Assembly (NCBI RefSeq): GCF_963921235.1
Contig: NC_086097.1
Coordinates: forward strand, 23,128,001-23,192,000
Direction: 5' to 3'
Length of the DNA stretch: 64,000 bases
Source of the DNA: Mobula hypostoma
Lineage: Eukaryota
The translations under genes were made by a program, and so were the position numbers. The notes below the pieces were generated by a model. That model saw nothing but the letters and a program-made list of their open reading frames with translations, was not told where the DNA came from and did not search any database. This document shows, piece by piece, positions 25,763 to 39,700 of this stretch. Positions within the stretch are counted from its first letter, which is position 1. Every line of letters starts with the position of its first letter.

Positions 25763-26293
25763 CACTTAGGGACCACGTCATTAGGTACACCTGCTTGTTA
25801 ATGCAAAGGCATAAAAGCACGCAGACATGGTCAAGAGGTTTAGTTGTTGTTCAGACCAAACATCAGAATGGGGAAGAAAAGTGATAGAAGTGACTTTGAC
25901 CGTGGAATGATCGTTGGTGCAAGACAGAGTAGTTTGAGTATCTCAGAAGCTGCTGATCCTCTGGGATGTTACCACACCAGTTTTTAGAGTTTACAGAGAG
26001 TAGTGCAAAAAAAATGATAAAAACATCCAGTGAACTGTTGTTCTGTGGGTGAAAACACCTTGTTAATGAGTGAGGTCAGAGGAGAATGGCCAGACTGGTT
26101 CAAGCTGACAGGAAGGTAAGAGTAACTCAAAAAAAAACGCACGTTGCAACAGTGGTGTGCAGAAGAGCATCTCTGAATACACCGCACATTGAACCTTGAA
26201 GTGGATGGGGCACAGCAGCAGAAGGCCACGAAGATGCACACAATGGCCACTTTATTAGGTACAGGATTTAACTAATAAAGTGGCCACTGTGTG
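25763..26293 (+). mobile_element. Non-autonomous Tc1-like element
   Basis: Same family with the same TIRs and terminal hairpin (~26240-26293); inserted into a retroposon tail. Confidence 0.85.
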
Positions 26294-27324
26294 TATGTCA
26301 TGGAATTTGTTGTTTTGTGGCAGCAGTGCAGTTCAAGACATAAATTACTATAAGTTATAATAGACAAATCAGTAAGGCAAAAGAGGGATAGCTAGGTAGT
26401 GTTCATGGACTGTCCAGAAGTCTGATGGCAAAGAGGAAGAAGCTGTCTTTATAAAACAGTTAGCAACCAGAAAACCAGGCAAAGGTACTTGTTATTCATA
26501 AAACACATACTCAGGGATTTCAGTGTTTTTACAGGGCATAGTAAATGCATATACACGGTATACATTTACATTAGGTTACCCTTAACATTCTCAATGATAT
26601 GATGAGAGGGATGAGTACCTTTTGCATTGCCCAAACCCTGCCCCAACCATGTATACTGGAATGGATTGAACTTGTCCCTGGCATAATTTGAGAAACCACT
26701 GAAAAGAGTTATTTAAATTTATAATGGAATTACTATGGAGAGAACATTGTTGCTTTAAAGTAAATCAAAGTTCAGCTCATAAATGTAAGATAATGATCAA
26801 TAAAGAGCCAGATTCAGATTAATTTATCTGTCACATGTACATCAATATATACAGTGAAATGTGTCACTTGTGTTAATAACCAACACGCCCAAGGATTTGA
26901 TGGGGTTGCCCGCCAGTCTCTGCACACATTCTGATGCAAATAAAGTCCAAGTCATAATTCAAGTAAATGTTGTATATTCGATCCTAAATGCCGATAGTTC
27001 CTTTTCTCCCACAGATGCTGCTCGACTCGCTGATTGTGTGTTGCTCCAGATTCCAGCATCTGCCATCTCCTGTGTCTCCTCCATATCAAGATGTTAGTTT
27101 GAATGTGGAACAGGCTGCTGTGAATAGCAGCCAAGGCCCTTGACATGAAAGCATTTAAAGAGCAACATTGTGCCTTGGCAGTTAGTACTACTATGCCAAT
27201 GTCTTGACATTGGGACCTACCTATGCTGGTTGTACATGTACTTCCTGTGGTTACATGGTTACACCCAAATGCTTTCATAGGTTCAGTGGCTGCTATAAAT
27301 TGCCCTTTCATGGAGGGAAGAGAC

Positions 27325-27790
27325 AAACGAATCAAGCGGGGCTTGGTGAGCATGAGTTATAGGGAAATGAATAGGTTCAGACTTTATTCCCTGGAGCATA
27401 GGAGAGTGAAGGGAGATTTGATAGACTTATACAAAATTATGGGGGTAATAGATTGGGTAAATGCAAGCAAGCTTTTTCCACTGAAGTTGGGTGAGAGTAC
27501 AACTGGAGGTCATGGGTTAGAGGTAAAAGGTGAAATATTTAAGAGGTTACATGAGGGGGAGCTTTGTCACTCAGAGGGTGGTGTGAGTGTGGAACGAGCT
27601 GCCAGCATAAGTGGTGGATGCGGATTTAATTTCAACATTTAAGAGAAATTTGTACAGGTACATGGTTAGAAGGGTATGGAGGGCTGTGGCCTAGGTACTG
27701 ATTAATGGGACTAGGAAGAACAGTATTTCAGCATGGACCAGGTGGTCCAAAGGGACTGTTTCTGTGCTGTAGTGTTCTATGACTCTATGT
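27325..27790 (+). mobile_element. CR1 3' fragment
   Basis: LYSLEHRRVKGDLIDLYKIM...GGHG motifs. Confidence 0.8.
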
Positions 27791-28147
27791 GAGAGAAATT
27801 AAGTTACTGAGTATAATGGGGCATTAGTAAAACAGGCCGTTGCTCTACTGGGAGCCAACATGGATTTACTGGGCTGAAGGGCCTCATTCTGTGTCTGAAT
27901 AAGACCAAAGGATGTAGGGTAAACAAATGAATCTATTGAAAGAGTTAACCAGCAGGAAAAGCCAGACAGGCAGTTAAAAAAGGTGCCTTTCATAATCTTG
28001 AAACGTCCCAATATTCTTTGTCCGCTGTAGATTTAATGGAATTCTGTAAAAATTAGGCAGCCGAAAACCTGAATAAATGTTACTTAGCAGCACGTACAAA
28101 ATGCTGGAGGAGCACAACAGGTCACAGCATCTGTTGTAAAAAATAAG

Positions 28148-28177
28148 CTGTTTCGAGCCGAGACTCTTCATCAGGAC
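28148..28177 (-). ncRNA. Partial hammerhead motif (family A) with a compensatory helix II pair
   Basis: Reverse complement GUC-CUGAUGA-A-GAGU(cucg)GCUC-GAAA-CAG. The consensus G-C pair is replaced by A-U; the cleavage triplet is lost. Confidence 0.5.
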
Positions 28178-30441
28178 AAGCATCACAATGAGGATAAATT
28201 TTGTGTCATTACATGATAATTTGAAGGGTCCGAAAAATTTTCTGGTTAATTTAAATATTTTCGAGAAGTAGAGATTTTCTGTCAAGCACGAGGCAGAAAA
28301 TGATTGAGTATTGCAGAGAAAAAGTATAGCAATCAGCTGAAGCAAAGTGATCTTAGCAGGGCTGACCTCACTGCATAAAGTTTCTGTGCACAATAGACTC
28401 ACTTCCCCACATCAAGAATATGGATTGATACTGTCATTTTGAAAGGCAATCTGTCCCTTGAGGTCACTGCAAGAAAATGAACGTGAACGTTCTAGTATGT
28501 GGTGTTTATGGAAGAATACAGCAGAAAGTAATTGGATAGGGGACTTCTTTCACAAGAACTAAAAGCTCATAAGTCAAAGATGACAGTGTTATAAATGAGT
28601 TTTAAATTGTTGTTGTTGATCATGAAGTCATGATCAACGCCTACATGAATGCAAACCAGAAAAAAAGATTTAAAGATTAGCTTTTATTTATCCAAACGTA
28701 AAATGAAACGTGTCATTTGTATCAAATCAAATCAACAAGATTTTGCCAGGTAGCCTGCAAGCTGTTGCCTCTCTTCTGGCATCAGCATAGCATGCCCAAA
28801 CCTTACTAACCCTAACTCGTCCAGCTTCTTCAGCGTATTGCCTCGTCCACTGATCACCTCCCAGCTCCTTACATCATTCCCACTATCCTCTCTTCCAGTT
28901 GCCTATTTTCCAACCTCTCACCTGGGTTCACCTATCACTTGCCACTCCACCGCCATCCATTACCCTGTTATACTGGCTATCTCCCCTCCTTCCAGTGCTA
29001 ACCCGAAACATTGACTGTCCATTCCCCTCTGGAGATACTGACTGATGTGCTGAGTTCCTCTAGCATTTTGTGTCTTGCTGCCCATTTCCAGCATCTTCAG
29101 AATCTCACTTGTACCGTAAATATTTCTAAAAGTTCTTTCACTCATATTGTAGTACAGCTGGGAAGTTCTTAAGCGGAAATATCATTACTGAGGGCTTGTG
29201 ATTTATTCATATTAAGATGTTTTCCTCTCCCACCCTTAAAAATGATTAATACTTTATAAGTTGGTCCTCCTGCTTCGTTTTTGCCTTGTGGAAGGCATTA
29301 AAATCAGAATATATGACGCTTCAATGAAGAATACATAGACTTCTTTTGTCTGACAATATATTCAGGTGCTAAATTGTGTTGGGTTCTGTTCACTGCAAAA
29401 GCGCCTCTTCAGGGAGTTGTTGTGGATTTTTTTATTCACTTGTTGACGGAGAGCATACTGCAACAGTTTGCTATGCTATCGTTTAGGTTGCATGGACGTA
29501 TCCGCAATCTGGCTTGTCTTTGATTTGGAATGGGAATTAGTTTGTTTTTTGTCACATGTACTGAGATACAGTGAAAAGCTTGTTTTGCATACTGTTCATA
29601 CAGATCAGATCATTACACAGTGCATTGAAGTAGAACAAGGTAAAAGCAATGACTGAATGCAGAATAAATTGTATACTTGCTTGCATTACAAATGTTTATT
29701 TTTTTTTAGCAAAGATCCATGGATCAAAGTTTAAATTGTAGCAACCACCAAGTAACCTTCACGTCATTTGCTTGCAGGTGAATCCACGATAAATGTTTTC
29801 TGCAGACAAGTAAGCTTAGAGATCTAGTAAGCACAGTTAATCAGAGTTTAGAAGAATGGGGGAGAGTGTGTGTGGGTGGGGGGGGTGGAGGTTCTCATTG
29901 AAATCTACAGAATTTTGAAGGGCCTACATACAGTGGACATAGAGAGGATGTTTCCAATAGTGAGGGAGACTAGGATCAAAGGGCTCAACATTAGAATGGA
30001 AGGATGTCCATTTAGAGCAGAGATGAGGAGGAATTTCTTTAGCCAGAGGTTGGCAAATCTGTGGAACTCATTGCCACAGATGACTGTGGAGTTTAAATTA
30101 TTGGGTATATTGAAACTGGAGTTTGATAGGTTCTTGATTAGTAAGAGTGTCATATACTACTGCAGAGAAACAGACCCTCCAGCCCACCGAGCCCATGCCA
30201 AACTATTATTCAGCCTAACCCAATCGACCCATACCCGAACAATCCCCCTCCGTACCCCTCACACCCATGCACTTATCCAAATCTCTTAAATGATGAAACT
30301 GAACCTGCGTCTTCCACTTCCACTGGCAGCTCGTTCCATACTCTCACCACCCACCGAATGAAGAAGTCCCCTCTTCATGTTCCCCTGAAACACTTCACCT
30401 TTCACCCTTACAGGGAGAATTCAGGAGAATGGGGTTGAGAG

Positions 30442-30963
30442 CAATGCTGAGGATGTTCTACGAGTCTGTGGTGGCCAGTGCGATCATGTTTGCTGTTGTG
30501 TGCTGGGGCAGCAGGCTGAGGGTGGCAGACACCAACAGAATCAACAAACTCATTCGTAAGGCCAGTGATGTTGTGGGGATGGAACTGGACTCTCTCACGG
30601 TGGTGTCTGAAAAGAGGATGCTGTCTAAGTTGCATGCCATCTTGGTCAATGTCTCCCATCCACTACATAATGTACTGGGTGGACACACGAGTACATTCAG
30701 CCAGAGACTCATTCCACCGAGATGCAGCACAGAGTGTCATAGGAAGTCATTCCTGCCTGTGGCCATCAAACTTTACAACTCCTCCCTTGGAGGATCAGGC
30801 ACCCTGAGCCAATAGGCTGGTCCTGGACTTATTTCATAATTTACTGGCATAATTTACATATTACTATTTAACTATTTATGGTTCTATGACTATATATTAT
30901 TTATGGTGCAACTGTAACGAAAACCAATTTCCCCCTGGGATCAATAAAGTATGACTATGACTA
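30442..30963 (+). mobile_element. Rex1/Babar-like LINE 3' end
   Basis: ORF AMLRMFYESVVASAIMFAVVCWG...SFLPVAIKLYN, then AATAAA and a (CTATGA)n tail; short TSD tgagag in a CR1 host. Confidence 0.8.
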
Positions 30964-31649
30964 TGAGAGGGAAACTGAATAAGACCTAATCAAATGGCGA
31001 AGCAGACTTGATGGGCCAAATGGCCTAATTCTGCTCCTATGTCTTATGGTTGGTCCTAGCACAGACTAATCAGAATATACTTGCTGCTTACTGCAAATAC
31101 AGGGCCAATGTCTTATTCAGTACTTGCATACTGATAGAACACAAATAAATAGCATCTTTGATAACTAAGCATAGTTCATCAGGGCACAGCAGATGGCTTG
31201 TTTAGCATAGAGTTGCATTTGTCATCATACACTGTACAGCTGATATAAATTAATACCATTTGGTGTCACTATGATACAGTCCACCCAAGACAGTACCAGT
31301 GTTCTGCAATATTTCATGGGACATGAGGGATAACTGTTTACTGGAAGCAAATGAAATCCATTTAATACCTTCCCCTTGAGTTTCATGCACTCTTTTCAAA
31401 CGGGTGTTTGATATCATAGTACCAATCTTTTAAGTCAGGTTGACAATCTTCCAGGAATTTTCTGGAATTAAGCGATAGTCCACCATCGATCTCTATACTG
31501 AGGAAAGAATTCACTGAGGTATTAAAAAGTGATGTCTCTTTCAGAAGCTGCTCTTTAACTATTTATTAGTCAAAGTCAAAGTAAACTTACTATCAAGCTA
31601 TGTATATGTCATTATATAGTCAAGTCAGGTTTATTGTCAATTAACTGTA

Positions 31650-32652
31650 TATACTTTATACTTTATTATCACCAAACAATTGATACTAGAACGTACAATC
31701 ATCACAGCGATATGTGATTCTGTGCTTCCCGCTCCCTGGAAGCACCACAGTTATTGATATTCCCAGCCTTTTCTTTGCGCCCAGTGATTTCATTTAGACT
31801 CTGCCATAGTCTACTGGCATCTCTCTGGTTAGCCTGGGCTTCCAACTTGGCTCAATATTGCCTCTTGGTATCCTTAATGGCTTTCCGGAATTCACGCCTG
31901 GATTCCATGTAGCGACTGGCATCCCTGGACCTAAAAGTCACAGCTCTAGCCTTTAAAAGGGACTTGACCTCATAATTCATCCAAGGTTTCCGGTTAGGGA
32001 ATACCCAGATCGTCTTGTGAGACACACAGTCCTCCGTGCATTTCCAAATAAAGTCTGTGACAGCTGAGGCATACTCATCAAGGTTAGCTGCCGAGTCCTT
32101 GAATACTAACCAGTCCAACGCGACACTACTTTTGACACCGTGACCACCCATTTCAGTTTCTGTTTGTAAGCCGGGAGGAGGAGTACGGCCTGATGGTCCG
32201 ATTTTCCGAAGTGAGGTCGTGGGACGGAACGGTAGGCATCCTTGACTGCTGTGTAGCAGTGGTCAAGTATATTCGGGCCTCTAGTGGGGCAGGAGACATG
32301 TTGGTATAACTTTGGCAGTGCCTTTCTGAGGTTGGCCTAGTTAAAGTCCCCGGCTGTAATGAGCAAAGCCTCCAGATACCTGGTCTCAAGTTCACTGATG
32401 TTGGCATACAGTATGTTCAGAGCACACTCCACGTCTGCCTGGGGGGGAACATAGACTGCTGTCAGTATGACCGAGGTGAATTCCCGTGACAGATAGTAGG
32501 GACGACACCTCACTGATAGGGGTTCCAGGTCCGGGCTGCAGGAGCTTGTCAGTGCCACTGTGTCCGAGCACCACGCAGTGTTGATCAGTAGGCAGACACC
32601 ACCTCCCCTCGTCTTGCCCGAAGACGCCATGCGGTCCATCCGATGGATCGAA
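31650..32652 (-). mobile_element. Rex1/Babar-like LINE derivative: APE region joined to 3' UTR, RT missing
   Basis: GKTRGGGVCLLINTAWC...CRPYYLSREF...VYVPP...AGDFN, SDH and FPNRKPWMN, then the same 3' UTR and (TAAAGTA)n tail as the + strand fragment at ~24570-24848. Confidence 0.8.
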
Positions 32653-34069
32653 ACTATATATGTATATCGTCAAACAAGACAATGTTTCTTTGCACCAGGG
32701 TGTAAAGCACAGCAGTACACATGACACACAATAGTAATGGAAAGTAAGGATAAAATCTACAAATGAATTATGCATAAAATGCACAAAGTAAAGTGCATAA
32801 ATTAAATATTGTAAGGTACAGAACAGATTAAGCAGTGACACTTCAAATGAATGCGGCAGCGAATTCTGAAACCTAATGGCCTGAGGGAAGAGCTGTTTCC
32901 CATTCTGAACACTCTTGCCTTTATGCAGCGGAGTCTCCTGCCAGAAGATGGAAAGCCAAAGAGGATGCGCGATATGCAAACTTCTGATCTTGTTGCGGGC
33001 ATTTAGAAGAAAATAGAAAGGAAAGAAATACGATAGAATTTATGAAAAAAAATCAAAAGCAGAAGCTGACAGACAACCAATGTGGATAAGAAGACAAATT
33101 GTGCAAATACTAAATAAATAAATCAGACCGAGAACACGTCTTTGGAAGTGAGTCTGGAGGTTGAGGAATCAGTTGAGTGGTGAGGTGGGTGGAGGTAACC
33201 ACACCAGTACAGGAGCCTGATGGTTGTAGGGTAATACAGCTCCTGAACCTGGTGGAGTAGGACCTGGCAGTAGTGGGAGGAGACTGTGGGCTGGATGGTG
33301 GGTATCCTTGACAATCACTGCTCCTTTCTTGTGGTAGCGCTCCTTGTAAATGTGATCAATGATAAATGTATTTACTGAAAGCTTCCTGGAGAGGAACTCT
33401 GTTTCATTGATCATCAAGATGTGGAAGGAGCTGCTACCAGGAAGTTCAACCTATTATTTAAGAAGCAGAGTCCATTGTAGAATGCAGCTTGTTTACTGAC
33501 CAGCGATTCAATTTCTCAGCAGTATTTGTTTTTCTACTTAGTCTTAGGAAGCTCGCACGTGTTGGGTGACAACTGGCAAAAGTCTAGAGTTGGAGCAGTT
33601 AGAAGCCAGCAGTCATTTGATGATGCGTCCAGGAAGGTAGCCAACCAGAACTGGCAGCTATGTTGCCATGATTCCCTGACTGAGATGATGCCAAGAGGAG
33701 ATGAGAGGGGTAGCCTTGAACAACCAGTGTCAGAAATACTTCAACTACAAACGGACCCACATGAAATGTGTCTTTCAAAGTCCCCTGCGTTTCTGTGATG
33801 TTGACAGAGCAGATAAGCTGCTGTTAACCTTTGAGCAGCAGAAGGTTTTTGACAAAATTCTAAGAAAGGTTTAGACAGAGTCAATAAAGAGAGATTATTT
33901 CCAAGGTCTAAGACACTAATAATCAGCTGGCACAATCTTTGGCCAACTGAAAACCTATTCATAGAATACATACTAAGAACATGTACTGCCTGATACATTG
34001 ATGGAAATAATTTCTGTTGTAGCCTTCAGAAGAAAAGTAGGATTGGAATGAAACAATTTGATGATGTTT

Positions 34070-34625
34070 CGCGTATTGTGAGCAGTTTTAGGCCCCCTAT
34101 CAAAGAAAGAATGTGCTGATATCGGAGAGAGCTCAAAGGAGGTTCAGAAAAATTATTCTGGGATTGAAAGGTTTATCATATTAAGAGTGTTTGGTGGCTC
34201 TGGGCCTTTACTCAGTGGAATTCAGAGGAATGGAGGGTGAGCTCATTGAAACCTATCAAATGTTGAACAGCCTCGACACAGTAGATGTGGAGAGCATATT
34301 TCCTATGGTGAGGGAGTCCAGGGCCTGAAGAAGCTGCCTCAGAATAGAGGGGCATCCTTTTAGAATGGAGTTAAGGAGGAATTTCTTTAGCCAGAGAGTG
34401 GTGAATCTGTGGAATTTGTTGCCATAGGCAACTGTGGAGGCCAAGTCATTGGGTATATTTAAGGCGGAGGTTAGTAGATACTTGATCAATCAGGGTGTGA
34501 AGGAATATTGGGGGAAGGCAAGAGATTGGGACTCAGAGGGAAAATGAACCAGCCATGATGAAATGGTGAAGCAGATTCAATTCGCCAAATCATCTAATTC
34601 TGTTCCTAAATTTTATAGTCTTATG
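34070..34625 (+). mobile_element. CR1 3' fragment upstream of the first exon
   Basis: Same subfamily as 36320-36890 (+) and 40320-40707 (-). Further copies at ~4930-5530, ~29890-30150 and ~57190-57610. Confidence 0.85.
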
Positions 34626-35570
34626 AATTTGAGTCTGCCCTTCCTTTTATTAACAATATTTCTCAGCATCAATCCCAAAACCTTGGACTTGCTTAATATC
34701 CAGAGTTTAATGATTTGTATTTCAAATGCACACAACTTGGCACCCTCAGACCTCTGGGGCAGAAAATTCCGAAGTTTCACCATCCTCTGAAGAGTAATCT
34801 CTGAATCTCAGTTTGAAATGGTTGATCCCTTATTTGGAAAATGTGCCCCCTACTGGTTCAGCAGGGGAACACTCACCCCTACATTTAACCTGTAAAGCTC
34901 CTTAGAAGTTTCATAGAGTGAGAGAGAGTCATAGAACAGTACACTTCAGAACCAAGCCCTTTGGCCACCCTAGTCCATGTCAAACTGTTCTTCTGCTGAG
35001 CCCCATTGATGCACTTCATTGAGCTCTGAATACTCCTCAAATCCCGTTGAGCCCTCCATAACCTTCCTGTTCATGTCGTTGCCGAGTCAGTGAGGAATTG
35101 GAAGAACTGTGGTAGTGTGGTGGGGAAATTTGGGAGTCTAACCAAACTAATTTTTAGAAGCAGCAGATGTCAACTTGATGAAGCAAACAACCTTCTGTGT
35201 AATTCAGGTTTTGATGTGCTTCCATTGTGAGCTTTCTCAATGGCTCAATCACAGAGATGCTTTTATGCTTCAAAGAATGAAGAGAATCAAATCGTAAATC
35301 CATCTGTCTGAGTGGAAAAGTTGTGAGGTGAAGGGAAGTGATTTATTTGATGCAAATTTCTCTCCCTACACTTAGTTTGACATGAATATTTGACTACAGA
35401 TTAAGCCTGCTAACACAGACTGTTTATTTCCATTATAATTTAAAATATGTGTCCTTGTTATGATGTCAGTTTCCAGTGAAAAGCCTCATTTCTCTTCCGT
35501 GCATTGGCCTGCATAAACAACTATGCCCGTGCTGAATACGATTTTGTGTTGTATTTTTTGTGATTGGCAG

Positions 35571-36009
35571 GTTGTTTATAAAAACAATGACATCAGACTA
35601 GAGCTGTCACGCCTGGCAAGAATTAAGGACCCGAAAATGAAGATCCACGGCGATGTTGTATTCAAGTGCGAAAACGTCGCCACCCTGGACCCCATATCGT
35701 TTGAGACGCCGGAAGCATACATTAGCTTGCCGAAATGGAACACCAAGAAGATGGGTTCAATTTCTTTTGACTTCCGTACTTCAGAGCCCAATGGCCTCAT
35801 TTTGTTCACGCATGGAAAGCCCCAGGAACGGAAAGACATGAGGAGCCCAAAGAAAACTAAAGTGGACTTCTTTGCCGTTGAACTCCTTGACGGAAACCTG
35901 TTCTTGCTCCTGGACATGGGATCCGGTGCGATAAAAATCAAATCAACAACGAGGAAGGTGAATGACGGGGAATGGTATCACGTGGACATCCAACGAGATG
36001 GGAGATCAG
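35571..36009 (+). CDS. NRXN3: Neurexin-3-alpha internal coding exon (439 nt; end of LNS2, start of LNS3)
   Basis: Translates [89 protein letters not shown]...[12 protein letters not shown]. Acceptor tgattggcag| at 35570 (phase 0), donor cag|gtgaga at 36010 (phase 1). As I recall the paralogues, [47 protein letters not shown] and HVDIQR match NRXN3 rather than NRXN1/2. Confidence 0.95.
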
Positions 36010-36319
36010 GTGAGAGAGATAACACAATGTTGGCGCAGATTGAGAACTATGCTGAAAGAGAAAACAAAATTCCTTTCAAAGAGCCAGAAAAAGCAACTGT
36101 GCCTACAGTAGGCTTTTCCAGAGGATTAATAATGAATGCTGTCTGATAAATACACAGCTTGCTGGCTTAAAGTTAGAATAGGATTTTTGTTTACTCCTGC
36201 ATTATTGAATGATGTCAAAATTGCTTTTCTTGTCAGCACTTTCTTGGAATGTGAGTGCTGTTGTCTCCAGCCAAATCATAGACACCCTGCCCTGAAAGTC
36301 CAGCAATAGATGCCAGACT

Positions 36320-36890
36320 TGTTATTCTGAGCAGTTTAGGGCCACGTGTCTAAGAAAGTATGTGCTGGTATTGGAGAGGGTCCAGAGGAGCTTGATCCCG
36401 GGGATGAAATTGTTACAAGAATGATCCCGAGGGTAAAGGGTTTAATATATGAGCTGCATTTGATGGCTCTGGGCCCATGCTCTCTGAAGTTTAGAAAAAT
36501 GATGGGGGATCTCATTAAAACCTACTGAGTATTGAAAGGTCTAGTGGACATGGAGAGAGTACTTCCAGTAGTGAGGGAGTCTGGGACACAAGGGAACAGC
36601 ATCAGAATTCAAGGACGTCCCTTTAGAATAGAGGTGAGGAGAAATTTCTTTCGCCAGAGGGTGGTGAATCTGTGGAGATTCATGGCCATAGATGGTTTGG
36701 AGACCAAGTCATTGGGTATATTTAAAGCAGAAATTGAGAGGTTCTTAATTAGTAAGGGTGCCAAAGGTTACAGAGAGGAGGTAGGAGAATGGGGTTGTAA
36801 GGAAAATTCAATCAACCATGATAGAACGGTTGAGAAGGTTTGATGGGCTGAATGGCTTAATTCTGCTCCTATGTCTTATATTCTAATGGT
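36320..36890 (+). mobile_element. CR1 3' fragment
   Basis: ORFs 36346-36528 and 36532-36843 carry CR1 C-terminal motifs (GDLIKTY, RNFFRQRVVNLW). Confidence 0.85.
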
Positions 36891-38344
36891 CACTGGAGGT
36901 GGAAGTGTGCAGCAGTTGTTGTGACAATGCCAAGTTAGCAAGCAACTGTCTGGGTGGAATCAATGAGGTTTTGAAGGAGTGGGAATGTTAGTGCCATCTC
37001 AATTCAAGAAACATAAGAGAGTGAAGATACTGGAGCAAAAAAAATATATATACTGGTAGAAATCCACAGGTTAAGCAAGATTATTAGTCACATGTGTATC
37101 AAAGCTTACAGAGAAATGTGTCAATTACAACCCAAACAGTCTGAAGATGTGCTGAGGGAAGCCCATAAATGTCGCCACACTTCCAATCCCAGCTGCCCAC
37201 AATGTTCAGCAGAACAACAAACTCAGCCAAACATACAAGACAGACATAACATCAGCAAAACAAATCCCTTATTACCCTCCACCATTTTGGGACACCCTGA
37301 CCTCCAGACATGTCAACCTTGGGCCCCCAACCCCCAGGACAGGCCACCTTCGGGCCTTCCATCTCCAGACCTCAGACCCGGACTCATTGACCTTGGATCT
37401 CCAACATCCGGGCATTATCTGTGGAAGGAAATGGACAGTCAAAGTTTGGCATTGAGACCCTTCATCAGAGCTAAAAGAGTAGAGGGGAAAAATCTTCTCA
37501 ATAGGAGATAGGGGAGTAGAGTGAGTACCTCTCCTCTACTCTCAGTCCAGATGGGTCTGCACCCAAGACACCATCTGTCCATTTCCCCTCCAGAGGTGAT
37601 GAGTTCCTCCCGTGGTTTGTTTTCCTTTTTCTTCACTTCGATTCATTTTCTTACTTGTGTTGATTTTTGAAATGAAATGCTATGGGCTGGTTGTGCATTT
37701 ATTAATATAGGGCCAGTTTTGTTCCTGATCCCACCCGAGCAGCCCCCCGACTCCAAGCTGTCAGGTCCCATCAGATGGAGGTATGAGTGACCACCGTATG
37801 CCATGGTCTGTTGCAGACGTGTGACTTTTTCCATTTTACACGTCCACATTCTCCAGCCTGTAGAACAAAATTGCTAATTACTGCTGAATTAGTGTCAGTC
37901 TCGTGCTTCAGGTCATTTCTCCACTATCTAATGAGTTGAGACTAGGCAAGCTCATTTCATGCCTTGATGCTTCAGAAGCATTTCATACCTTGATGAGCTC
38001 AGCTACAGCAATACTCTCAACAGCTCAACAATATTCAGTGTCAAGCACTTCACTTGATGGGCAGCCTATCCATCAATTCAGTTTCTCCAACCTTCGGTAC
38101 AGCGTGGCTGCAATGTCTATTAGCCCAAGGTATACTGCAACAGAGGTCTGAGTCGCCTCGGGCAGCAGCTCCTAGACTAATCACCTCCGAGGACAACCGC
38201 AGCAACTGGCATTCATGCAGCTGCTTAAAAAGAGAAATGCCTAATCTGTTTCACTTTATCAAGTTTATTTTATTTTGTAAAAATTTTTATTTAGACATGT
38301 AGCACAGTGACAGACCCAACGATCACGTGCTGTCCAATCACACT

Positions 38345-38682
38345 CAATCTACTGCCCGTTACACCGCTGGTGCTTAGGGCAGCAGTAAAGGTCCTCCATC
38401 ACTGCCCGTCTTCAAAGCTTCCTTCAGAGTACCAATAGCTCGGTTTTCACTACTGTCAGTCATTGCAAGCCCCAGGTGGAGAGTCAGGAATACCATCACA
38501 CTCAGATGTAGAAGGATTCTTCATTGTTGTTTCTGTAGCAGTTTTGTTTTACCAGTCAGGGTTGTTAGGTCTGAGCTGAACACCTGAACCTGAAGGCCCG
38601 GTCGTCTGGCCTCTAACCTTTGACCTGTTTGGCATGGGTGACCCTACCAAGAGTCAAAGCATAAAGCTCTGACTCCAGCCAG
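38345..38682 (-). mobile_element. Probable second RTE-derived non-autonomous element, inserted in a V-SINE
   Basis: Reverse strand ends in an RTE-like WRTFTAALS 3' remnant. The 5' part resembles RTE 5' UTRs. It splits a minus-strand SINE (~38290-38840). Confidence 0.5.
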
Positions 38683-39335
38683 TTCTAGGCCAATTACTCT
38701 CGTGTGATCAATTAACCTACTAACCCATACGTCATTTTATGTGAGAAGAAACCAGAGCACCCGGAGGAAACCCATATGGTCACAGGGAGAATGTATATAC
38801 TGTTTACAGACAGTGGCAGAACTGAACCTGGGTCACGGGTTGTAATATCATCAGACTCTGACCACCAACGGGTAACATTAACGGCTAACTGTTCAGTGTT
38901 TTGGGCAGAGACCCTTCACCAGGACCTGATGAAGGGTCTCAGCCCAAAACGTCGATTGTTTATTCCCATCCTGATCTGCTGAGCTCCTCCAGCACATTGT
39001 GTGTATTTATTTCATCCATGTGCCTATTTAAGAGAGTCTTAAATCTCCCTATAGCAACAGGAGTGCTAGAAGGTGGTGAGACTATAAATTACATGTAAGC
39101 TAGTGACACATTGGACACGACCTTCACCACATAACACCTCCAAGAGCAATGCAAGCGATAGCATCCAATGTTAAAACTGCTGTTTTGACCAGGCTAATCA
39201 GCATAAAGATTGTGGGCTGAAGGGCCTGTATCTATGCTGTACAGCTCTATGACTCTATGTCCTCATTGCTATATGTCCATGTCCAAATGGTTAGGTGCAG
39301 AGTTGATTGTGAGTGATAGCAAATTTTTGCACATA

Positions 39336-39700
39336 CAGTCAGTGGCCACTTTATTAGGTACACATGTACACTTGCTTGTTACTGCAAATATTGAATCAGT
39401 CAATCATTTGGCAGCAACTCAATGCATAATGCATAACAGCAAGCAGACATGATCAAGAGCTTCAGCTGTTGTTCAGACTGAACTTCAGAATAGGGAAAGG
39501 AATGTGATCTAAGTGGCTTTGACTACGGAATGATAGTTGGTGCCAGACAGGGTGGTTTGAGTATCTCAGAAACTGCTGATCTCCTGGGATTTTCACACGG
39601 AACAGCCTCTGGATTCACAAAGGAGTGGTGTGGAAAACAAAAAGCATCCAGTAGTGCCAGTTCTGTGGACAAAATACCTTAATAAAGTGACTACTGTCTG
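39336..39700 (+). mobile_element. Non-autonomous Tc1-like element, shorter deletion derivative
   Basis: Starts ta|cagtcagtggccactttattaggtacac, contains the HTH remnant, and ends aataaagtgactactg. Confidence 0.8.

Larger units (their letters stand above)
1..35570 (+). other. NRXN3: Part of a long upstream NRXN3 intron (inferred)
   Basis: The preceding neurexin exon (VTISVDG...MGCLKE type) was not found by eye or in the ORF track. The region is repeat-dense. A short exon could have been missed. Confidence 0.75.

Noticed and set aside
35523..36146. 207-aa ORF as a stand-alone gene or secreted isoform
   Set aside because: Neurexin similarity is limited to 35571-36009, between canonical splice sites. 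The extensions are intron read-through with no support.
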